Assembly (NCBI GenBank): GCA_013378385.1
Contig: JACAFS010000023.1
Coordinates: forward strand, 1-15,256
Length of the DNA stretch: 15,256 nucleotides
Source: Nitrososphaerota archaeon
GTDB lineage: Archaea > Thermoproteota > Nitrososphaeria > Nitrososphaerales > UBA57
Reading direction: 5' to 3'
Below the pieces are notes generated by a model. It was not told the DNA's origin. It ran no database searches and saw only the letters and a program-made list of their open reading frames with translations. The position numbers and the translations under genes were made by a program. Positions 1-6,688 of the stretch are shown piece by piece. Numbering within the stretch: position 1 is the stretch's first letter; every line of letters starts with the position of its first letter.

Positions 1-11
1 TAGATCTAGAA

Positions 12-119
12 AATGAAGTTACAGAACCTGAAGAAGTTACAGAACCTGAAGAAGTTACAGAACCTGAAGAAGTTACAGAACCTGAAGAAGTTACAGAATC
101 GGAAGATTCATCCGAATCT
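12..119. repeat. 18-bp tandem direct repeat, unit GAAGAAGTTACAGAACCT. Three perfect copies (30-47, 48-65, 66-83) are flanked by degenerate copies (12-29, 84-101, 102-119).
   Basis: Read directly from the sequence. The period is a multiple of 3. In the radA frame the unit translates as EEVTEP. The array may continue upstream of the window. Confidence 0.9.
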
Positions 120-126
120 AAATTAA
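119..126 (+). promoter_or_regulatory. Possible archaeal TATA box (TAAATTAA) for a leaderless radA transcript
   Basis: AT-rich octamer centred about 26 nt upstream of TTG147/ATG150, the usual archaeal TATA-to-TSS spacing. Based on sequence pattern only. It conflicts with the alternative that this stretch is coding. Confidence 0.3.
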
Positions 127-146
127 CTGCAGAAGAAAATGCCGCA

Positions 147-1121
147 TTGATGGAAATTTCTTCTTTACCAGGAGTCGGCCCTGTTACAACTAAGAAACTT
201 AATGACGTTGGAATACACACTATACTTGATGTTGTTGTAAGAGGCCCTACTGATACTGCAGAAGCAACTGGTTTTGAAACAGACAAAGCTGTTGAATTGT
301 GTAACAAAGCACGATTGAAATTGGTTGAAATTGGTAAATTTGATAAAGATTTCGTAACTGCCACTGAAATTTATGACCGAAGGCAAAAGATTGAAAGAAT
401 ATCCACTGGTAGTGGCAATCTCGACGAATTATTGATTGGTGGTGTTGAAACACAAGCTGTAACTGAATTCTATGGAGAATACGGTTCAGGAAAAACACAA
501 ATTTGTCATACTTTATGCCTTAATGTCCAATTACCTGTTGAAGATGGTGGACTTAATGGAGGTGCTATATATATTGATACTGAAAATACATTCCGTCCAG
601 AACGACTAAGAGATATTGCCGTTGAACGTGGTATGGATCCTGATAAAGCGCTAGAAAAAATAATTGTTGCAAAAGCTTTTACTAGTTCACATCAAGAATT
701 ACTTGTTGGCGAGCTTGGAAAAGTTATTGAAAGTTCCAATGCCCGACTTGTTATTGTTGATTCATTAATGGGACATTATCGTTCTGAATTCTTAGGACGA
801 GGCACTCTGGCTACAAGACAACATAGGCTTAATCGCTTTATGCATCTCTTAACTAGAACTGCCGAAACTCGTAATGTTGCCGTTGTAATGACAAATCAGG
901 TCATGTCTGACCCTGGCGCTTTCTTTGGCGATCCTACTCGTCCTGTTGGCGGTCATGTTGTAGCTCATACTAGCACCTATAGACTCTATCTAAGAAAATC
1001 TGGTAAAAATCGTATAGCTAAAATGAAGGATAGCCCTTATCATCCTGAGCATGAAGCCGTATTTACTCTTAATGAACGCGGCGTAGATGATCCTACTGAC
1101 GCAAAAAGTAAAAAGAAATAA
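147..1121 (+). CDS. radA: DNA repair and recombination protein RadA (Rad51/RecA family)
   Basis: 324-codon ORF. N-terminal HhH region SLPGVGPVTTKKLNDVGI. Walker A GEYGSGKT at 474-497. Walker B-like ARLVIVDS. The C-terminal part (TNQV...GGHVVAHTSTYRLYLRKS...RIAKMKDSPYHPE) is typical of archaeal RadA. The start is TTG147 or ATG150. The same frame stays open back to position 3, so the 5' boundary is uncertain. Confidence 0.95.
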   Translation: MMEISSLPGVGPVTTKKLNDVGIHTILDVVVRGPTDTAEATGFETDKAVELCNKARLKLVEIGKFDKDFVTATEIYDRRQKIERISTGSGNLDELLIGGVETQAVTEFYGEYGSGKTQICHTLCLNVQLPVEDGGLNGGAIYIDTENTFRPERLRDIAVERGMDPDKALEKIIVAKAFTSSHQELLVGELGKVIESSNARLVIVDSLMGHYRSEFLGRGTLATRQHRLNRFMHLLTRTAETRNVAVVMTNQVMSDPGAFFGDPTRPVGGHVVAHTSTYRLYLRKSGKNRIAKMKDSPYHPEHEAVFTLNERGVDDPTDAKSKKK

Positions 1122-1171
1122 ATAAGAAATCCAAAACATTATGTAGTATTAGAAAGGGATAGATGTAGTAA

Positions 1172-3898
1172 ATGAATAAATTACTGTTACCGCTGCTGTT
1201 ATTGTTACTGTTGACTCCAATCATGTCATTCCCTAATATTATTGCAGCAACTAATTATCAAGAAAATCTCTCAATCACTACTTCTGGAGATTTATCTTAT
1301 TGGTCAATAAATCTGTCAGATGTTAATGCTAGTGGAGTTATTTCTACTAAATCTGGCATTGATTCATTTGAAGTATTTCATTATAGTCATCAGGGTTCTT
1401 TTGATCCACGATTTGATATTTTTACAACAAATGGTTATGGTTTAATTGATTCAGCATTACCACGAAGTGGAGCGATTCTCACTATAAACTCAGATAGCCA
1501 ATCTAACGCTGATAAATTCGCATCTTCAATATCTCAAGACCTTCATTTAGGATTTATTACTTATAATCCAAATACTTTTTCACAAAATAATATCTATACG
1601 TATTATTCTTATGCCGACTCTGAAATTGTAGTTGACATCTTTTGGGAAATCTTTTCTAACAATGATCCTGGATTCAATCAATTACTTACAAAACAATTTT
1701 TCAATTCTAATCGTGATCAAGTTATCAAATTCTCCGGGAAACAACAATCAAACAGTTTGATTTATTCAATTGAATTTGCTGGAACTAGCGAGTCTGCAGT
1801 TGGCGATAATACTCCTGGCGATTTTAGCGTTCAAGGTTCTGAAATTAATCCTATGGCATTATTTAGCGTTAACAGTATCAATGCATCAAACCTTTCTACA
1901 AAGTCAACTATTGATATTCAAACATTTGGTTCTATGATTAATTCATTAGATATCAATTCTAAAAACATCTCCGATGTTTCTTTTACTCTTAATCAGGATG
2001 TCGACAATATACAATCAGAATTAATTATCGATTTATCTAGCGACAGTTCTTTTAATTCAACTATAGTTCTGGACTATTACCCACCTGTTCTTTCTGTTGT
2101 TCGAGTAATCGATAAAACCTCAGGTTCTAATGGAGATACTATTGAATCTCGTATCACTTTTACTAATCTATCACCTGTTCTTGGCGGTCATTCAATTGAA
2201 GAAGTAATATTTGCTGATGACTGGTGGACTGATGATTTTACCCTTCTTGAACCTGGAGAAAATGATACTGTTAGACATCTAGCAGCAGGTGAATCTAGAA
2301 CTCTGTCTAAATTACTTCAAATTGATACTTCCGAATCCACTATTATAGAAACTAGTCCAGAAGATGTTAAATTTGAATATAAATTTAAGATGGGCGACGA
2401 CCAATTCTCAAAAATTACAACATCAAATGATCTTTTTATTCAATTAAATGATGTTAGACCTGCACTTATTGTAAACTCTTTATACAATAATTCATATGTT
2501 TCAATACACGATAATCATATATCTCAATTAGAAATAAAAAACCTTGGTTCTAGATCTGCTTATGATGTTTCTATTGAACTTAATGATGAATTATTTGAAA
2601 CCTTTGACTCTATTGCACCTGGCTCATCTGAAATTTTAGAACTTAATGTTTCTAGACATGATTATTTGTTTAATACAAATACATATGAATGGAAAATTAC
2701 TTGGTCTGACGGTGTAGATTTGTATACTGTCTTTTCTAATCCTGTTTATCTAATCAATGATTATAATCTATATGTAAAACCTTTCATTAATTCTCCAGAA
2801 ATTGTCGTTGATAAAATCTCTGAAATACCAGTTGATGGAGTATGGCAAGACGAATTAAAAGTAACTCTAGAAATTACAAATAATGGAGATGAGGATTTAA
2901 CCAATTTACATCTAGTTGATGTTATTCCTTCATCTGTTATGTTTTCAAGTGGCGGTGATAATATGACAAAACTAAATAATCGTCTAGAAGTAAATATTCC
3001 TTTGTTAAAACCTTCTAACTCTTCTACTTTTGTATATTATGTCAAACATGATTCTTCTGATAATATACTCCTGCCTCCTACATCTGTTGACCTGACCTAT
3101 TATGGAAAAGATTATAAGATGTTCTCTGATTCCATTGTTTTACCTACTGCTATTAATATCGATAAATATATTAATATAAATTCTGCACTTGTTGGATATA
3201 ATTTTACAGTTTCAGTTGATTTTACAAATAACGGTGGTTTGTCATTATTTGACGTTCAATTAAATGGAAATGATTTTGAATATGTAGTTATTGAAGGAAA
3301 TCAATGGAATGAAAGATCTAGTTTAGAAATTGACGGAATTATGAACTATGAATATTTGATCTCTAGTAATGACGAAGTAAGCCGTAATCTCTTACAAGCA
3401 TGGGGTGACTTTACCCTTGGAGGTAAATCTATGAGAATATTTACTTCACAAATTCCTCTTAATATATCTCATACTCCAATTGTTACTATCTCTACTATTC
3501 CTGAAGAAATTCTTGATAATCAAGAGATTGAATTAATAATTACTATTGATAATCCTTCTAAAACTCCTTTGAAATCTATTTCTATTATTCCAGGAATTAT
3601 TGATAATCTTGAGATATTAGACGAATCCATCTTTACTGAGATTGATCAATTAAATCCTGAAGATTCTATTGAACTAAAAACAAAAGCTAAAAGTCTTACA
3701 CCTGGAAAACCAATGATATTCCATCCTCAAATATCGCATAAATTTATGGGCCAATCAATATCTGTTGATGTAGACCAATTTTCTACATTGGTTTCTGAAG
3801 AACTTGTTAATAGATACGTTCCATCAATTGTTATCTCACTTTTAGTTCTTCTTGCCACTGTATATTTTACTAATAAACTCGTTATACGAAAAAATTAG
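1172..3898 (+). CDS. Large secreted, C-terminally membrane-anchored surface protein with five CARDB/DUF11-like beta-sandwich modules; function unknown
   Basis: 908-codon ORF. Signal-peptide-like N-terminus MNKLLLPLLLLLLLTPIMSF. Single C-terminal hydrophobic helix SIVISLLVLLATVYF (3824-3868) followed by a basic tail KLVIRKN. 15 N-X-S/T sequons. Five modules spaced about 110-125 aa apart, each with an x-h-x-h-x-N-x-G...h-x-V-x-h signature (for example LEIKNLGSRSAYDVSIEL, LEITNNGDEDLTNLHLVDV, VSVDFTNNGGLSLFDVQL). Confidence 0.85.
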   Translation: MNKLLLPLLLLLLLTPIMSFPNIIAATNYQENLSITTSGDLSYWSINLSDVNASGVISTKSGIDSFEVFHYSHQGSFDPRFDIFTTNGYGLIDSALPRSGAILTINSDSQSNADKFASSISQDLHLGFITYNPNTFSQNNIYTYYSYADSEIVVDIFWEIFSNNDPGFNQLLTKQFFNSNRDQVIKFSGKQQSNSLIYSIEFAGTSESAVGDNTPGDFSVQGSEINPMALFSVNSINASNLSTKSTIDIQTFGSMINSLDINSKNISDVSFTLNQDVDNIQSELIIDLSSDSSFNSTIVLDYYPPVLSVVRVIDKTSGSNGDTIESRITFTNLSPVLGGHSIEEVIFADDWWTDDFTLLEPGENDTVRHLAAGESRTLSKLLQIDTSESTIIETSPEDVKFEYKFKMGDDQFSKITTSNDLFIQLNDVRPALIVNSLYNNSYVSIHDNHISQLEIKNLGSRSAYDVSIELNDELFETFDSIAPGSSEILELNVSRHDYLFNTNTYEWKITWSDGVDLYTVFSNPVYLINDYNLYVKPFINSPEIVVDKISEIPVDGVWQDELKVTLEITNNGDEDLTNLHLVDVIPSSVMFSSGGDNMTKLNNRLEVNIPLLKPSNSSTFVYYVKHDSSDNILLPPTSVDLTYYGKDYKMFSDSIVLPTAINIDKYININSALVGYNFTVSVDFTNNGGLSLFDVQLNGNDFEYVVIEGNQWNERSSLEIDGIMNYEYLISSNDEVSRNLLQAWGDFTLGGKSMRIFTSQIPLNISHTPIVTISTIPEEILDNQEIELIITIDNPSKTPLKSISIIPGIIDNLEILDESIFTEIDQLNPEDSIELKTKAKSLTPGKPMIFHPQISHKFMGQSISVDVDQFSTLVSEELVNRYVPSIVISLLVLLATVYFTNKLVIRKN

Positions 3899-3901
3899 TA
3901 A

Positions 3902-4876
3902 TTAATTCTCTATAGTCACTGAATTTCCAACAGTAGATTTTATTGCGTTTAAACCCATTTCTGAAATTTCACTATAAATCTCATCAATATAATCACTATT
4001 TGTATTGATAAAAATTGATGGACCCGTTTGCATAGAATAATATATTGGTATATTCTCTTTTTGTTTTTTCTTTACAAAATTAATTATGTTAATTGTTTCG
4101 GGACGAATTAGGATTATTCTATCTTTTCCAGTCATTGTAAGTGCATGTAGTTCTAATGAATCTTCTTCAACTAATTTTCCTAGATTATTTAAATCTCCCT
4201 TCTTTATAGACTCTTGAATTTTTTCCAATCTAATATTAGCACTTTTAATTCTTGCATCAAAGAAACTTGATGTTAAAACTTCCTTATGAGCTGATTCTGT
4301 AGAATATTCAGAAGGAAATGGTATTGCAATCATTCTAAGATCTAGATCACTTTTGGTTGATATCTTTTCTGCATATGATGTTTCGTCATCGTTACCTGCA
4401 TACCATCTTGAATATTCTCCAGTTGCACTTCTACATGCCGATCCTGCTAATAATCTTGCAATTCTTGAAATTAATTTAATATCCCATCCATATGTCGATT
4501 CAAGACCTGACGCTTTGAATGCCGCTCCTGCTAATGCTGCACCTGCAGAAGATGAAAAACCTAGTCCCTTTACTTCTCCAAATTTAATACTATTCTCTGA
4601 CGTTATCCTTACTTTATCATCAATCTTTGCTAATAATCGAATCTTATCAATTATTGCTAGCGCCCTACACAAAACTGTATCTTGTTGTATTTCATTATTT
4701 ATTGTTAATTCATCTTTTTCAAAATTTCCAATTTCTACTGTTGTCTTTGTAAATAATGCATCAAGACAAACTGAAATACTATCATGAAATGGTATCCTTA
4801 GTTCACTATCTTTCATTCCGTGATACTTCAATAAACCTTGCATTGCATGTGCTTTGGCAGTAGCTTTATTCGTCAT
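3902..4876 (-). CDS. GHMP-kinase superfamily protein of the mevalonate diphosphate/phosphate decarboxylase (MVD) family; exact substrate and activity uncertain
   Basis: 324-codon ORF with family motifs in order: N-terminal LLKYHGMKDSELRIPFHDSISVCL, GLGFSSSAGAALAGA (GLASSAAG-type), LAGSACRSATGEYSRW (GSACRS), EEDSLELHALTM (DSNxFHA-type). The usual DAGPN motif reads QTGPS. Confidence 0.85.
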   Translation of the reverse strand: MTNKATAKAHAMQGLLKYHGMKDSELRIPFHDSISVCLDALFTKTTVEIGNFEKDELTINNEIQQDTVLCRALAIIDKIRLLAKIDDKVRITSENSIKFGEVKGLGFSSSAGAALAGAAFKASGLESTYGWDIKLISRIARLLAGSACRSATGEYSRWYAGNDDETSYAEKISTKSDLDLRMIAIPFPSEYSTESAHKEVLTSSFFDARIKSANIRLEKIQESIKKGDLNNLGKLVEEDSLELHALTMTGKDRIILIRPETINIINFVKKKQKENIPIYYSMQTGPSIFINTNSDYIDEIYSEISEMGLNAIKSTVGNSVTIEN

Positions 4877-4878
4877 AA

Positions 4879-5316
4879 TTATTCAGTTTCCCCTATTATT
4901 ATCCTAAACAGTCCTTTTACATTAGGATTTCTTAATTTACTAATCATTTCTCTTGGAATATCAATTGCAGCATTTTCTGCGTGTATGCCTACCGTTCTTG
5001 TACATGTAAAATCACTTTTTCGCAATACTATGTCTTTCTTGTGTTTTAATGATAATTTAGCACTTCCCATTGCCTTTATTTTAAATTTCATATCTTCTAC
5101 TATTAATTCTATTGTAATCTTATTGTTATCTTTTTGAATCTCTTCTTTGATTCTATTATTTAAAGTATTACAAGCTGTTTTAGCATTTACTCCAATTATA
5201 CAATCTCCTTTTTCAGTAAGATGTTTATCAGTAGTAATTTCCATTGTTGTTTTATGTTCTCCTCTTACTTCCGGATGCCCATTAAATTCAATTTCTTCAA
5301 CTATCATATTGTTCAT
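4879..5316 (-). CDS. Small conserved archaeal protein, DUF371-like (family assignment from memory of the motif pattern)
   Basis: 145-codon ORF. It contains FNGHPEVRGEHKTTMEITTDKHLTEKGDCIIGVNA, which resembles the GHxNIxAxHxTTxExTxDxxLTxxGDCIxGV pattern of DUF371 proteins. Its stop codon lies 2 nt upstream of the start of the MVD-family gene on the same strand. Confidence 0.75.
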   Translation of the reverse strand: MNNMIVEEIEFNGHPEVRGEHKTTMEITTDKHLTEKGDCIIGVNAKTACNTLNNRIKEEIQKDNNKITIELIVEDMKFKIKAMGSAKLSLKHKKDIVLRKSDFTCTRTVGIHAENAAIDIPREMISKLRNPNVKGLFRIIIGETE

Positions 5317-5338
5317 TATTTACTTTGAATCTAAAAAC

Positions 5339-5344
5339 TTTAAA
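5339..5344. promoter_or_regulatory. Palindromic TTTAAA, candidate shared TATA element of a bidirectional promoter
   Basis: Exactly 22 nt separate it from the minus-strand ATG (5316). Exactly 22 nt separate it from TTG5367 at the head of the psmA ORF. Both spacings fit TATA-to-TSS distances for leaderless or near-leaderless mRNAs. Confidence 0.35.
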
Positions 5345-5375
5345 TGTTAACTAAAACCAACTATGTTTGATAATT

Positions 5376-6110
5376 ATGTTCCCAGGAGCACAAGGTTATG
5401 ATAGAGCTATTACTGTTTTCTCACCTGACGGTCGATTATATCAAGTTGAATATGCAATGGAAACAGTCAGACGCGGTAGTTTAGCTTTAGGTATAAAGCA
5501 TAAGGAAGGTACTATTCTTGCAGTTGATGAAAAATTATCTAAATTACAAACTCCTGGAATTACTCAAAAACTCTTTCAGGTTGACGACCATATAGGAGTT
5601 GCCGCAGCAGGTTATATTCCTGACGCTCGTGTTCAAGTAGATCAAGCACGTGTAATTGCTCAAAGTAATCGATTAATTTATGACCAACCTGTAGATCTAG
5701 AAACTTTGGCTAGAAAACTTGCTGATTCTTCACAACAATTCACACAATATGCTGGCGTTCGACCTTTTGGCGTTTCATTAATTATATGCGGTGTTGACCG
5801 ATCTGGTTCACATTTGTGGAAAACTGATCCTAGTGGAAATTATGTTGCTTATGACGCTACTGCAATTGGATCTGGCAGTGAGCAAGTAATTGAATTATTT
5901 GAGAAGAAATATAATGAAGATTTGTCTTTCGAAGATGCTATTCTTCTCGCAATTGAATCACTTATTTCTATTAATGAGGACGACGACAAACTCTCAAGTA
6001 TAAAAATCTCTATTGTCGATCACGAAACTAAAACACTTCGATATTTAAATAAAGAAGAAATTAAAAAATATTACGATAAATTAGATTTTGGATTAACTAA
6101 AGCAAATTAA
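5376..6110 (+). CDS. psmA: 20S proteasome alpha subunit
   Basis: The N-terminus MFPGAQGYDRAITVFSPDGRLYQVEYA is the hallmark of proteasome alpha subunits, and the length is typical. ATG5376 is preferred. The ORF track begins at TTG5367, three codons upstream, which remains possible. Confidence 0.93.
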   Translation: MFPGAQGYDRAITVFSPDGRLYQVEYAMETVRRGSLALGIKHKEGTILAVDEKLSKLQTPGITQKLFQVDDHIGVAAAGYIPDARVQVDQARVIAQSNRLIYDQPVDLETLARKLADSSQQFTQYAGVRPFGVSLIICGVDRSGSHLWKTDPSGNYVAYDATAIGSGSEQVIELFEKKYNEDLSFEDAILLAIESLISINEDDDKLSSIKISIVDHETKTLRYLNKEEIKKYYDKLDFGLTKAN

Positions 6111-6526
6111 TTTTGTAGTCTTCCATGTTCTATTTTTATACATTTATTCGTGATTATGTTTAATTGATTTTCCTTTGATACAGTGTCGGCTTTATCATAA
6201 AAAATTCCCAATTGCATCCATACTGTGTGTATTTTACCGTATTTCTTTTTCATTTCAATTACTTCTTCTAATATATCTTCAACAAACTCCGGTTTTCTAA
6301 ATATATTGATTAATTCTATATTTTTTATCATATCTTCGGGAATATCTTTCAAACTATTATGAGATTTTACTCCCATTATTGAGTCTGTGGTTGGATTTAT
6401 TGGAATTATATTGTATCCGGAATCTCTCATATACATAGATACCTGATAACTATCCTTTAATTCATTTTTTGACAAACCAATAACTGCAATATTAGTAGTA
6501 TCCTCCAATATTTGTCTAATATCCAT
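6107..6526 (-). CDS. CoA-binding domain protein (YccU/YneT-like)
   Basis: 139-codon ORF. The pattern NIAVIGLS...GYNIIPINP...IFRKPE...VWMQLG...CIKIEH fits small Rossmann-type CoA-binding proteins. It is convergent with psmA, and the two stop codons overlap within TTAA at 6107-6110. Confidence 0.8.
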   Translation of the reverse strand: MDIRQILEDTTNIAVIGLSKNELKDSYQVSMYMRDSGYNIIPINPTTDSIMGVKSHNSLKDIPEDMIKNIELINIFRKPEFVEDILEEVIEMKKKYGKIHTVWMQLGIFYDKADTVSKENQLNIITNKCIKIEHGRLQN

Positions 6527-6675
6527 ATTTTATCTTGTTTGGTATTGCATTTATTTTTTTTCTCATGATTAATTAAAAAAAAATCAATTCTGCAATAAAA
6601 GACAAAGATTATAAGGCGGCATTTTCCAATTTGTCTATATCTGTTGTCATTAATTATTTCTAATTTTTATACATT

Positions 6676-6681
6676 GGAGGG
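6676..6681 (+). promoter_or_regulatory. Shine-Dalgarno-like GGAGGG upstream of rpoH
   Basis: GGAGGG lies 7 nt upstream of TTG6689 and is complementary to the CCUCC 3' end of 16S rRNA. It supports the TTG start. Confidence 0.45.
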
Positions 6682-6688
6682 TATGTAG

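Noticed and set aside
12-119. Possible CRISPR array or minisatellite from a mobile element
   Set aside because: The repeats are directly adjacent with no spacers. The 18-bp unit is too short and is not palindromic. No cas, transposase or integrase genes are nearby.
13-126. Frame-1 small ORF MKLQNLKK(LQNLKK)n...HPNLN across the tandem repeat
   Set aside because: It exists only because the repeat unit has no stop in this frame. The start context is poor, and the radA-frame reading (acidic EEVTEP with preferred codons) or a non-coding reading is more parsimonious.
165-498. Two minus-strand ORFs (165-386 and 247-498) inside radA
   Set aside because: They are antisense shadows of a strongly conserved coding region. 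Their products are low-complexity and rich in F, Q and C, with no recognisable motifs and no room for their own promoter.
3896-3904. Convergent gene ends with a 3-nt gap here, and overlapping stop codons at 6107-6110, as possible unusual termination or antisense arrangements
   Set aside because: This is common in compact archaeal genomes. No hairpin or oligo-T element is visible, and nothing suggests a specific function.
4353-5350. Plus-strand ORFs 4353-4787, 4838-5137 and 5147-5350
   Set aside because: They are antisense to the MVD-family and DUF371-like genes, which carry clear family motifs. Their translations are hydrophobic and low-complexity, as expected from an AT-rich antisense strand.
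5367-5375. TTG5367 as the psmA start (MIIMFPGAQ...)
   Set aside because: ATG5376 gives the N-terminus typical of proteasome alpha subunits. I have not fully excluded TTG5367, because a TSS predicted from the TTTAAA element would fall at about 5367.
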